Source of the DNA: Nitrosopumilus sp.
GTDB lineage: Archaea > Thermoproteota > Nitrososphaeria > Nitrososphaerales > Nitrosopumilaceae
NCBI GenBank assembly: GCA_965223425.1
Contig: OZ245003.1
Coordinates: 544,001 to 608,000, forward strand
Reading direction: 5' to 3'
DNA: 64,000 nt
The notes beneath the pieces are model-generated. The model worked only from the letters and a program-made list of their open reading frames with translations. It searched no databases and was not told the origin of the DNA. This document shows, in pieces, positions 1 through 9,720 of the stretch (positions within the stretch are counted from its first letter, which is position 1; each line of letters begins with the position of its first letter). A program made the translations under genes and the position numbers.

Positions 1-2
1 CA

Positions 3-3000
3 ATCAACGCATCATACAGCATCCCCGCAGCATCCTGCACAGACCACAAAGACGGCGACATCACCAACACCGGGATTCTAACTGCCATCTCGTCTGGAGG
101 CCAGCCAGTCGATACAATAGACACCTCCTCTGCAGGCACATACGATATAACGTACTCCTGCTCAGACTCTACCGGCAACACAGTAGAGCACAACGTGACA
201 GTCACAATCCGGGCTGCCGAAGTTGACAACACGCCGCCTCACATAGTGCTAAAGACGCCGCCCCTGACCCTGTTTGTTCCGGCCGGAGCCGCCTTTGCAG
301 ATGCCGATCCCGGCGCCCTCTGCATTGATGGCCAGGACGGAACCACAGAAAACACGATCACCGTGGATGTCACCGCACTTGACACGGCCGTTCTTGGCAA
401 CCACACGGTGACGTACTCCTGCACGGATTCAGGAGGCCTCCCATCCAACACCATATCAAGGACAGTCAGCGTGTACGGATTCACCGTAAACGGAAACACT
501 ACCGACTTTGCAACTGACATCACCACCTCTGATAAATACGAGCCATACGCAATCCTAGACATTACGAATATCAAGAACGCGTCACCCAGCACAAAGTATT
601 ACGATACAGACGGGCAAGACACCGCCCCCTTTAACGGAACAACGCTCCAGGCGGGAACCTGGAGCGTGACGTATACCGTCTCTGGCCACGACGACGTGTC
701 AGATCCGATCAACTTTGAAATCGAGGAAATCATAACCGTGGCTACTGCACCGCCGGACGGCAACGTCCCCCCAACTGCGAGAATCAGCGCGCCTGCCACC
801 GCAGACGAGGGAGCAACAGTAACCCTTGACGGGACCGGCTCGACAGACACTGACGGCACCATATCATCATACGCGTGGACCACCGACGATGCGTCCATCG
901 CAATAACTGATGCTGACCGGCCAACTGCATCATTTACGGCGCCCCAGGTCACAGAAGACACTCCTCTGCTCATCACGCTGCGTGTAACTGACAACCAAGG
1001 CGCTCCAGGCTCTGCACAGTATACCCTGATCATAACTGACAGCGAGTCTCCTGTAGTACCTGACACCACGCCTCCAACATTTACGGTAGACGGCCACACA
1101 GGCGACTTTGAGACGTCCCTAACAGAAGGCCAGACCTACAGGAACGGCAAGATAGATAACATCAACGAGACTGGCAGCCATCCGACCAGCACGGAGATAA
1201 GGTACTACAGCGGCACCGGCGATGTCATCACCACCACTGACGAAAACGAGATCAACTCCATTAACAATACCAGGCCTGCCATCGGAGGCTACACCATACA
1301 GTACCGCGTCTCTGACTCGGCCGTTTCACCAAACACCCACACAATCACAGAGACACTCACCGTGCGCGCACCTGACACGGTAACCATAGGGGCAATCGTC
1401 TCGACTACCGGCTCCATCTCGTCACTTGGCATACCTGCAAATGACGCCATACACCTGGCAGTAAACGACTTTAACGACAGATACCTTGCGCCAAAGGAGG
1501 CCGCATGGAGGCTTGCAGTGTCTGGGTATGATGACGGGTCTACTTCTGAGGGCGCAATTGCAGCACTGGAACTGCTTGCAGGCAGCAACATAACCTCCAT
1601 TGTGGGGCCCCTCACAAGCGATGCGCTGTCTGCAGTAAAGGGCCACGCCCTGTTTGATGAGCCGCCAAGGCTTGCCATAAGCTACGCATCCACTGCGCCT
1701 GCGGAGGATCTCAAGCAGAAGGACGACCGCGTCTTTAGGACAGTCCCTGATGATTCCAACACAGTCAGTGTATACGTCAGCCTCTTTGAGGCAGACTCCA
1801 TCGATTACGTGATTCCGGTGTTCCGCAACGACGCGTGGGGGATAGCACTGAACCGGACCCTTGCAGATGAAATTGATGATCATAACAATAACAACAACAA
1901 CAACAACGAAATAACCGTACACGGCGGAATACTGTACGACCCTGACACCGTGTCACTTTCTGCCAACACAACGCTTGCCTTGCTGAATGACACGCTAAGC
2001 CATGATTCCGTCAGTGAAAAGGCCCCCGCAGTGGTGGTGTTCGGATTTAGCGAGACCCTTGACATACTCGACGAGGCTGCAGCCACTGCAAACCTGCCTG
2101 CAGCAAAGTGGTACGGCAGCGACGCCGTGGCGCCATCAAAGCTGCTTGAGGGCAACACCCCACAAGACGAGAATCGCAGGGCATTCCTTGAGCGCACCGA
2201 CTATAACGTGCTCACCCTTGCAATAGACCAAAACGAGGCAAACAAGAGGATAGACAGCTCTGTGGACAACGCTGACGTATACTCTTATGCGGCATACGAC
2301 GCAGTATACATACTCGGCACTGCCATACACCTCAACGGCGGCCCTGCAGGCAATATGGTCAACGAGGGCCTGATTGGCAACATCACGCAGGTAGCAGACA
2401 ACGCAAACGGGCACTACACAGACCCTGCCATGGGCAACACCGAGCTCAACGAGTACGGCGACCTGAAGCAGGCTGATTACTTTGTCCTCTCCCTTGATCC
2501 TGGCAACGACAGAACCCCCGCATCCTTTGAGCCAGAATTCCGGTATGATCACTCATCAGGCACCCTTGGGAGCCTTGTCTCCTCTGGCGGCGGTGGCAGC
2601 AGCGGAGACGTCTCTGCCCCCTCAATCCGCACGGGCTTTGATGCAAACCAGTACCCCCTGGTATACGACGGGGTAAAGTACGGCCCTGACACGATTGACT
2701 CTCCCCACACTGCCACGATACGCGCAGGCAGCGGCGAGAGGCTTTTCAGCACCCTCACAGTATACGAGGACGGCGGGGCGCAAAACGTGCGGCACGTCGA
2801 CATGTTTGTCGCACACGACGGCAGGACAATACACAACGACGGCACGGAAACCCACGTGACCTACGATTCGGGCAACGTCCGGATAACTGATCCGCACGGC
2901 CTTATTGCCAGCGCCACTGTGGATGCGTCTGCCATTGATGCCACAAAGGCGCAGTTTGAGTTTGCCATAACCTTTGCCAAGAAGGTCCCGCTCTCTGACG

Positions 3001-3494
3001 TGCTGTACCGCCTGTGGGACACCGGCAGAAACGCGCTTTACATCCACCTTGAGGACGCCCTTGTGGTGTCTGAGGGAAGGAAAGGCGGCAGCAGCAGTGG
3101 CGGCGGAGGCGGTGGTGGCAGCGGAGGCGGTAGCAGCAGCAGCAGCAGTACCGCCACCCCAGCCACCGGCAGCGGCAACGGCACAACAACAACCGCTACT
3201 GGCAACGGCACCGCAGCTGACACTGCAGACAAGCAGCAGCAACAACAACCCCGACAGGGCTTTACCGCAGAACAGCTTGACACCCTAAAGCAGTGGGGCG
3301 GATTTGCGTCCCAGTCCGCATCTGACTCGCAGCTTTTAGCCCAGTTCGGAATAGAGGGCACCAGCATCCCCCCATACTTTAAGCAGACAGCAAAGTGGTT
3401 CCTCGATGCAGATGACGGCGATGGCGGCCTGACTGCGCAGGAGTTTGTCGCAGCGCTGTCGTACCTTGGGCAGCGCGGGCTGCTGCTAAACTAG
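3..3494 (+). CDS. Large modular surface protein, 5'-partial: Ig-like/DUF5011-type repeats, PKD domain, LivK-like periplasmic-binding domain, low-complexity linker, thaumarchaeal C-terminal domain
   Basis: Frame is open from position 3, upstream of the GTG at 195. Repeated C.D..DG..T...D....G.(Y/H).(I/V)TYSC.DS.G units; PKD motif VTLDGTGSTDTDGTISSYAW; TIGAIVSTTG...IVGPLTS...FRTVPDDS...YAAYDAVYILG matches type-1 binding proteins; C-terminal IPPYFKQTAKWF. Clearly more GC-rich than the flanks. Confidence 0.8.
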   Translation: MNASYSIPAASCTDHKDGDITNTGILTAISSGGQPVDTIDTSSAGTYDITYSCSDSTGNTVEHNVTVTIRAAEVDNTPPHIVLKTPPLTLFVPAGAAFADADPGALCIDGQDGTTENTITVDVTALDTAVLGNHTVTYSCTDSGGLPSNTISRTVSVYGFTVNGNTTDFATDITTSDKYEPYAILDITNIKNASPSTKYYDTDGQDTAPFNGTTLQAGTWSVTYTVSGHDDVSDPINFEIEEIITVATAPPDGNVPPTARISAPATADEGATVTLDGTGSTDTDGTISSYAWTTDDASIAITDADRPTASFTAPQVTEDTPLLITLRVTDNQGAPGSAQYTLIITDSESPVVPDTTPPTFTVDGHTGDFETSLTEGQTYRNGKIDNINETGSHPTSTEIRYYSGTGDVITTTDENEINSINNTRPAIGGYTIQYRVSDSAVSPNTHTITETLTVRAPDTVTIGAIVSTTGSISSLGIPANDAIHLAVNDFNDRYLAPKEAAWRLAVSGYDDGSTSEGAIAALELLAGSNITSIVGPLTSDALSAVKGHALFDEPPRLAISYASTAPAEDLKQKDDRVFRTVPDDSNTVSVYVSLFEADSIDYVIPVFRNDAWGIALNRTLADEIDDHNNNNNNNNEITVHGGILYDPDTVSLSANTTLALLNDTLSHDSVSEKAPAVVVFGFSETLDILDEAAATANLPAAKWYGSDAVAPSKLLEGNTPQDENRRAFLERTDYNVLTLAIDQNEANKRIDSSVDNADVYSYAAYDAVYILGTAIHLNGGPAGNMVNEGLIGNITQVADNANGHYTDPAMGNTELNEYGDLKQADYFVLSLDPGNDRTPASFEPEFRYDHSSGTLGSLVSSGGGGSSGDVSAPSIRTGFDANQYPLVYDGVKYGPDTIDSPHTATIRAGSGERLFSTLTVYEDGGAQNVRHVDMFVAHDGRTIHNDGTETHVTYDSGNVRITDPHGLIASATVDASAIDATKAQFEFAITFAKKVPLSDVLYRLWDTGRNALYIHLEDALVVSEGRKGGSSSGGGGGGGSGGGSSSSSSTATPATGSGNGTTTTATGNGTAADTADKQQQQQPRQGFTAEQLDTLKQWGGFASQSASDSQLLAQFGIEGTSIPPYFKQTAKWFLDADDGDGGLTAQEFVAALSYLGQRGLLLN

Positions 3495-3855
3495 GGACGC
3501 CAAAAGGCACCACCTGCCAGTCAAAGACAGATGCCCGCCGCAGATCATCAGGAACGCGGCCAGGATCCGCATTTGTCTGACACACAAGGTTTTATCAAAC
3601 CCCTGTGCAGTCCCCAGTTGAGCCTGCAACCGGATTGCGGCACATCATCATCATCATCCCATATGCGTTGTTTTCCCTGGCCGTTCCAAACAGCAATATT
3701 CTTTTCAAGATATTTGGCTGCAGTATTCTAGATGCTTTGCAGGCTGCCAAGAGGGGAGACTCTCCACTGCAGAATCACACACGCCCAGAATCTGCAGGAT
3801 CGAATTACTAGTTACAGTTCAGAGGAGAACCTGGTACTTTTGTGAAGGCTTTCTC

Positions 3856-3957
3856 CAGCTAAGTGAAATGAAATGTGCCCTAACTAAGGAAACCACTCTC
3901 ATGTGCAGAACCAACCGCTGATCTGATCTCAGATTTGAGGCACATTTCGCTTAGCTG
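3856..3957. repeat. Inverted-repeat-bounded ~100 bp element (MITE-like or structured RNA)
   Basis: CAGCTAAG-TGAAAT-GAAATGTGCC (3856-3879) versus GGCACATTTC-G-CTTAGCTG (3939-3957); no clear target duplication. Confidence 0.45.
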
Positions 3958-3992
3958 TTTAAAATTAAATATTGATACGCCTGTCTTATAGC

Positions 3993-4490
3993 ATGCAAGT
4001 GATTCTAAGACAATTAGGTGACTGCAATATAAGACGTGCAGAACCAAGCGATCTGATTCCTGTTATGGAAATTAATTTGAAAACACTTCCTGAACACTAT
4101 TCTGATTATTTCTATGAAAGCTTGCTTGCAGAAATTCCTGAAGCATTCATCATTGCCGAAATTGGGGGAAGACATGTTGGCTATATCATGTGCAAGACTG
4201 AATATGGTTTTTCAAATTTTAAAAAACTGGGATTCGTCAAAAAAGGCCACGTTGTTTCCATTGCAGTTCTTGACGAGTATAGAAAAAAAGGAATCGGACG
4301 GGGATTAGTTGAAGAGTCTGTCAAGGGTGTAAAACTGAAAAACTGCGATGAATTCTATCTAGAGGTGCGATGCAGTAATAATGAGGCTGTGCGATTATAC
4401 GAAAAGCTTGGGTTTGTTATCAGACAGCAACTAAATACCTACTATCGGGATGGCGAAGATGCATATCTTATGGCAATTGAATTAGGTTAG
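3993..4490 (+). CDS. ard1: N-terminal protein acetyltransferase (Ard1/RimI, GNAT)
   Basis: NLKTLPEHY, GHVVSIAV...YRKKGIG, LEVRCSN..A..LY, YY.DGEDAYLM; ATG at 3993. Confidence 0.9.
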   Translation: MQVILRQLGDCNIRRAEPSDLIPVMEINLKTLPEHYSDYFYESLLAEIPEAFIIAEIGGRHVGYIMCKTEYGFSNFKKLGFVKKGHVVSIAVLDEYRKKGIGRGLVEESVKGVKLKNCDEFYLEVRCSNNEAVRLYEKLGFVIRQQLNTYYRDGEDAYLMAIELG

Positions 4491-4528
4491 TTCAAACCAA
4501 TAAATAACTCACAAAAAAATTCCCTGCC

Positions 4529-4747
4529 ATGAACAAACGTAATGGAATGGGAATTACCATTTTCGTACTTTGTATAGGCGGGTTCTTTCTTTATGCATAC
4601 CTGCTGATGCTCTCTGAGTGGAGCCCTATCGTATTGCAGTTGTCAGTTTTGATGATTGCAGGGGGAATACTTGGAGTGATTGCATGGATTGGATATGTTA
4701 TGGCAACAACAAAACCATCGCCTGCATCAATCACATCTGATGATTAA
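4529..4747 (+). CDS. Small two-helix membrane protein
   Basis: 72 aa with two hydrophobic segments. Confidence 0.7.
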   Translation: MNKRNGMGITIFVLCIGGFFLYAYLLMLSEWSPIVLQLSVLMIAGGILGVIAWIGYVMATTKPSPASITSDD

Positions 4748-4748
4748 A

Positions 4749-5585
4749 TTATTTGGAAATCCTAGCATCTACTACTGTTTGATAATACCTGGGACCTACC
4801 GCTCTGACAATTTTTGAGCCAAGAATTTCTGATTTTACTGGTGTGACTTGTGTATAGTGTTCCTCTGAAAGTCTTCCCGCGTCGGATTTTTTATCAGCAT
4901 GAATGTGTGAATAATAGTGAATGGTTCCCCCATTTTTGGTTGCACTAATTGCATCTTCTAAAAACTCATCAGATCTTTCAGGCAGCAACATCAATGTTCT
5001 GTCTGATTTGCCAACTAGTTGCTCTTTGATAATTTTAGAGGCGTCACCATTTATTGAAATTATTTTTCCAGCAAGCTTGTTTAATTCAATATTTTTCTCA
5101 CATAGTTCTGACGCAATTGGATTGATGTCAATGCTATAAACAGTACATTTTTTCTTTTTTGCAGCCATTATGGAGAACATTCCGACTCCTGCAAACATGT
5201 TAGTCATTGTTTCCCCATCCTCAATCAAGTTTGCAATTCTTTCTCTTTCTGTGGATAGACGGGGTGAAAAGAATGCATTTTCTACATCCACTGCAAATTT
5301 ACAGCCAAATTCCTTGTATTCTGTTTCAGTATTGTCTTCCCCTGCAATAACCTCTAAATTTCGTGTACGAAAATCCCCCTCTACAGATGATGCCTGATAA
5401 AACACACTTCTGGCTATTTTTACCTCACTTAGCAAAGTTTCACCGATGATTTTTTTCTTTGATAAAAGCGAATCAGGAATTCTTACTATGATTATGTCTC
5501 CTATCTGATCAAATGCTGCGATTAGCTCATCACTCTCTTTTGATGTAAGCACGCTTTCCAGTGATTTTTTTAACATTCGAGTCAT
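4749..5585 (-). CDS. trm5: Trm5/Met-10+ family tRNA methyltransferase
   Basis: FDQIGDIII, FFSPRLSTERER, MFAGVG SAM motif, IDINP. Confidence 0.85.
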   Translation of the reverse strand: MTRMLKKSLESVLTSKESDELIAAFDQIGDIIIVRIPDSLLSKKKIIGETLLSEVKIARSVFYQASSVEGDFRTRNLEVIAGEDNTETEYKEFGCKFAVDVENAFFSPRLSTERERIANLIEDGETMTNMFAGVGMFSIMAAKKKKCTVYSIDINPIASELCEKNIELNKLAGKIISINGDASKIIKEQLVGKSDRTLMLLPERSDEFLEDAISATKNGGTIHYYSHIHADKKSDAGRLSEEHYTQVTPVKSEILGSKIVRAVGPRYYQTVVDARISK

Positions 5586-7369
5586 TTTTTGTAATAGAAA
5601 TTTCCAGATGATTTTTGGGTTTTGTCCAACCTGCTTTCTAGTTTGTTTATGCGAGGCCTAAGACTCTTCTCATCTCTTCTAAACGACACGTCAAGTGATT
5701 TTAGGAATCTATTCATGGCATCTGATTTTGGCATTGGAGATGTGGCCTGACCTGCTGCCCCTGACTCCCCTTCAAATATTACCATTGTATCAGAAATCAA
5801 GTCCATTAGCTGCAAATCGTGGTCAATCACTATCGCTGATTTTCCAAAAGAGCGGACAAATTTTTGTAAAAATTTTGCAACTGCAATTCTATCCTCCACG
5901 TCCAAAAATGCTGAGGGCTCATCTAGTGCATACAGATCTACTTTTTGCAACAGGCATGATGCGACTGCCACTTTTTGCAGTTCTCCTCCGGAAAGATTCT
6001 TGATAGATTTATTGTAGAGTTTTTTGATTTTTAACGGGTTTAGTATCTGTTCTTCTTCGAGACTTCCTTCAACTGGATTGCCATTTGCCTTATCTAATAC
6101 TGATACAACTTCAACGTCAATATCATTTTGAAGATATTGCGGTTTGTATGCTATCTTTATTTTTTTATCAATACTCCCAGTATCTGGTTTTTCAACACCG
6201 GCAATCATCTTCATCATGGTGGTCTTTCCAAGAGCATTTGCTCCCATTATTCCCAAAACTTCTCCTTTTCTTACTTGTCCAGGCTCAATTGCTACTGAAA
6301 ATGACGAATATTTTTTCTCCAGTTTTGGATATGTTACAACATCACTTCCTTCCTGGAACGTATCTGTAGGTGAGGACGAGACATCAAATGAAAATCTCTT
6401 ATCTCTAAATCTGACATTTTCAGTTGGCAGGTATCCATCAAGAAAAACATTGATTCCAACTTTGGTGGATAGAACACTTGAAACGATTCCATATGCGGCT
6501 GGTTCGCCATACAGCACTTCGATATAATCACTAAGAAAATCCAGCAATGTCAAATCATGCTCAACTACCATCACGCTCTTTCCAATTTTTGCTAGACCTT
6601 GTATTACACGGGCAACCCCTGTTCTTTGAAAAACATCATTGTATGATGATGGCTCGTCAAAAAAGTAAAATTCTGTATCCTTTGATGCAGCAGCAGCTAC
6701 TGCTATTCTTTGTAACTCCCCGCCACTTAGCTCCTTTAGGTTCTGCTCCATAGAATTTCCTAATCCCAATTCTTTGATCAGTTCTCTAGATACGCCTCTT
6801 TCATCGTATTTGTCAATGAGTTCTTTTCCTGTTCCCTCAAATGCTTGTGCAATATGATGCACTTGCTGTGGTTTTATTGATACACGAATTTGGTTTTGTT
6901 CAATTTTTTCAAAATGCTGTTTAAGCTCGGTTCCACTGTAATGTTTTAAAATCTCATCCCACTCTGGTGGGTTTTCATATATTCCGAGATTTGGTTTGAG
7001 GTTTCCTGATAGTATGTTCACAACAGTACTCTTTCCCATTCCGTTTCTTCCTAGCAGTCCAACAACCTCGCCTTTTTTTGGAGTGGGTAGCTTGTACAAT
7101 CGAAATGAATTGGGTCCGTATTGATGAATTTTGTCTGTGGCCAATTCACTAGCTAGATTTACAATTGTTATTGCATCAAAAGGACATACTTTGACACATA
7201 TTCCGCAACCATTACAGATGTCCTCATCGATCTGAGCTTTGTTTGTCTCTTCACTTAGAACGATACAGTCTGCCCCTGATTTGTTAACCGGGCAGTACTT
7301 TATGCACTCCAAACCACACTTTTTTGGCTGGCATAACTCCTTGTCTAGAACAGCAACCCTGTGTGTCAT
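5582..7369 (-). CDS. rli1: ABCE1/RLI1 ribosome-recycling ATPase
   Basis: N-terminal Fe-S cysteines (C..KKCGLEC...CP, CNGCGICVKVCP) and two ABC domains with LSGGELQ. Confidence 0.97.
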   Translation of the reverse strand: MTHRVAVLDKELCQPKKCGLECIKYCPVNKSGADCIVLSEETNKAQIDEDICNGCGICVKVCPFDAITIVNLASELATDKIHQYGPNSFRLYKLPTPKKGEVVGLLGRNGMGKSTVVNILSGNLKPNLGIYENPPEWDEILKHYSGTELKQHFEKIEQNQIRVSIKPQQVHHIAQAFEGTGKELIDKYDERGVSRELIKELGLGNSMEQNLKELSGGELQRIAVAAAASKDTEFYFFDEPSSYNDVFQRTGVARVIQGLAKIGKSVMVVEHDLTLLDFLSDYIEVLYGEPAAYGIVSSVLSTKVGINVFLDGYLPTENVRFRDKRFSFDVSSSPTDTFQEGSDVVTYPKLEKKYSSFSVAIEPGQVRKGEVLGIMGANALGKTTMMKMIAGVEKPDTGSIDKKIKIAYKPQYLQNDIDVEVVSVLDKANGNPVEGSLEEEQILNPLKIKKLYNKSIKNLSGGELQKVAVASCLLQKVDLYALDEPSAFLDVEDRIAVAKFLQKFVRSFGKSAIVIDHDLQLMDLISDTMVIFEGESGAAGQATSPMPKSDAMNRFLKSLDVSFRRDEKSLRPRINKLESRLDKTQKSSGNFYYKK

Positions 7370-7464
7370 GTCGTAATTCGGTATTTTCTTTGCTTTATAC
7401 CTATTTTGAGCGTCTTGAAATGCGGCGTTACGTTAATAGATGAGAATCTGACACCAATTTTCAA

Positions 7465-7578
7465 GCCGGCCATAGCGTTAGGGTGCGACCCAATCCCTTT
7501 CCGAACTTGGAAGTCAAACCTGACGTCGCTGTTGTGCTACTAAGATGCGAGAGCCCTTGGGAAGCAACAGTGCTGGCA
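7465..7578 (+). rRNA. rrf: 5S rRNA
   Basis: GGCCATAGC...CCCTTTCCGAACTTGGAAGTCAAAC... 5S signature; terminal helix GCCGGC/GCTGGC; ~115 nt. Confidence 0.92.
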
Positions 7579-7626
7579 TTTTCAATCAATCTTTTAATAT
7601 CTAATAAATTTGGTTGATGTAATCCG

Positions 7627-7755
7627 ATGCCTAGCTGTTCTGTTTGCGGTAAATTGTGCGATAATGATATTAGACTACTAAACCATATGATGGAAAAACA
7701 TGGTTGGAGAAATCCTAATGTTGGCAAGCCCGATAGAAATAGCCGAGGATACTGA
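7627..7755 (+). CDS. 42-aa C2H2 zinc-finger microprotein
   Basis: MPSCSVCGKLCDNDIRLLNHMMEKHGWRNPNVGKPDRNSRGY: CxxC-x12-HxxxxH; below the ORF-track cutoff. Confidence 0.7.
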   Translation: MPSCSVCGKLCDNDIRLLNHMMEKHGWRNPNVGKPDRNSRGY

Positions 7756-7757
7756 TT

Positions 7758-9230
7758 TTACAGATTTTGTAAATAGTCTAGAATCAGTCTTACGCCAAAG
7801 CCGGTAGCCCCTTTTGGATTGTATGGTTTTTCTTTAGTGGCTACTTGTGTCCATGCAACCCCTGCAATGTCAATATGGGCCCATGGAGTTTTCTCAATGG
7901 CATTTTTCAAAAATGCCGCAGCTGTAATGGTTCCTGCCGCTTTACCTGTTCCAACATTTCTCATGTCTGCAACATCTGATTTTATCATGTCCATGTAGTC
8001 TTGGTTTAATGGAAGCTCCCAAACTTCTTCTGTAGTTCTCTTGGAGGACTCGTTGATTTTCTTTGTCAGTCTTTCATTGTTTGAAACCATTCCTGCAACA
8101 TTGGTGCCTAGTGCTATGATGCATGCTCCAGTTAAGGTTGCAAAATCAATGATTGTCTTTGGTGAATAGTGTTTTTCCCCATATGCTAGCGCATCAGCTA
8201 AAATCAATCTGCCTTCAGCATCCGTGTTCAGAACTTCTGCAGTCTTTCCATTGTACAACTTTATGATGTCTCCCGGCCTGTATGATTCCCCGCCTGGCAT
8301 ATTTTCCACTGATGGAATTATTCCAACAACGTTAACTGGTAGTTTTAATTCAGAAACTGATTTCATTATTCCAAGAACTGTGCATCCTCCACATTTGTCA
8401 AACTTCATCTCATCCATCTTTTCTCCCGGTTTTAATGAAATTCCTCCCGTGTCAAACGTTACTGCCTTGCCAACCAAAACAGTTGGTTTTTCGTTTCTTG
8501 ATCCTCGATTATGCTCTAAGATAATTAGTTTAGGTTCGTTTTTACTGCCTTGTCCTACTGCTGTAATTCCGCCAAAACCTCTCTTCTTTAATTCAGGTTT
8601 AGAAACTATGTTGCATTTCATGTTGTTCTTTTTAGCAATTGTTTTTGCAAAACTTGCTAATGTAGCTGGCGTACATTCATTTGGAGGCAAGTTGGCTATG
8701 CTTTTAGTAAATATTGCACCCTCTGCAACAATTTGAGCTATTTTGATTGCATTTGCAGTTTTCTTTGATTTGGCAACTATGATTGTAAGTTCTGGAGAGT
8801 TGCCTGTTTTTTCTGCCTTGAATTTATCAAATTTGTAGAGTGCCATTTTAGAACCTTCCACAATCTGACTGATTGATGAGATTTGATCAGTCACAAAACT
8901 TGGAGGCGTAATTATTGAAAATTCTTTTAGTTTTAACTCTCTTGCTTTTTGTGCAATTTTACCTGAAACAAACCTAATGGTGTCTTTTGTTAATTTTTCT
9001 TTTTTTCCTAGTCCTGCAAGTAGAATTCTTTGGGATGACTTTTTATCCGGAACTGGAATTACGCTTAATTTTCCTAATTTACCTTCCATGTCCCTTAGTG
9101 ATTGGTTGATTGCCGAGAAAGTTTTAGTATCAAATTTTCCTAATCCTGGAACTTTGTTTGAATTTTCCAGTACAAATCCACAAAGAAGCTGTGTTTTCTT
9201 TTTTGCAGAACTCTCAATTTTTACCTTCAT
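7758..9230 (-). CDS. pepA: Leucyl aminopeptidase (M17)
   Basis: GKAVTFDTGG, MKFDKCG, NTDAEGRL. Confidence 0.96.
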   Translation of the reverse strand: MKVKIESSAKKKTQLLCGFVLENSNKVPGLGKFDTKTFSAINQSLRDMEGKLGKLSVIPVPDKKSSQRILLAGLGKKEKLTKDTIRFVSGKIAQKARELKLKEFSIITPPSFVTDQISSISQIVEGSKMALYKFDKFKAEKTGNSPELTIIVAKSKKTANAIKIAQIVAEGAIFTKSIANLPPNECTPATLASFAKTIAKKNNMKCNIVSKPELKKRGFGGITAVGQGSKNEPKLIILEHNRGSRNEKPTVLVGKAVTFDTGGISLKPGEKMDEMKFDKCGGCTVLGIMKSVSELKLPVNVVGIIPSVENMPGGESYRPGDIIKLYNGKTAEVLNTDAEGRLILADALAYGEKHYSPKTIIDFATLTGACIIALGTNVAGMVSNNERLTKKINESSKRTTEEVWELPLNQDYMDMIKSDVADMRNVGTGKAAGTITAAAFLKNAIEKTPWAHIDIAGVAWTQVATKEKPYNPKGATGFGVRLILDYLQNL

Positions 9231-9266
9231 AATGAATGCCTACTTTCAAAGTCTTATTTAGATTTA

Positions 9267-9644
9267 CTAAAGATCTATTTTTTTACTATTTGTGAGCAAA
9301 CTTGATGATCTCACAAATACTGCCTTTACAGTTTTACATTCTTGCTGACAATTTTCATCCAAACCCATAGTTGATAATTTTCTTGTTTTTTTACACAAAA
9401 TTGATTTTACTAATGGAAATAAAGCTGCTCTGCCGCCGTATGCTCTTTTTTTATCTATAAACCAAAACATGTCCAAAGCTGATTCATCCAGTATTTCATT
9501 CCTAATCTTCTCTCCAAGCTCTGAATAATGTCCTACCATTGTAATTTTACCTCTGGCAAAAAACTCTACAAATTTTGCAAATTTCATGCACAAGTAACAT
9601 TGATTATCAAAAACCACAATTGGGGTAATTTCTTTTATTTCCAT
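9267..9644 (-). CDS. DUF393/DCC-like thiol-disulfide oxidoreductase family protein
   Basis: VVFDNQCYLC (DxxCxxC) at the N-terminus. Confidence 0.65.
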   Translation of the reverse strand: MEIKEITPIVVFDNQCYLCMKFAKFVEFFARGKITMVGHYSELGEKIRNEILDESALDMFWFIDKKRAYGGRAALFPLVKSILCKKTRKLSTMGLDENCQQECKTVKAVFVRSSSLLTNSKKIDL

Positions 9645-9720
9645 ATTATACTATAACGGCGATCAAATTAAAATTTTACAGAAGTAGATTTTTATTCAAT
9701 TTATAAAGATAACAATCGAG

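Noticed and set aside
239-3811. Many alternative-frame ORFs over the first gene
   Set aside because: Expected in GC-rich coding DNA; no recognisable motifs.
7461-7727. 88-aa minus-strand ORF
   Set aside because: Overlaps the 5S rRNA and the zinc-finger ORF; shadow frame.
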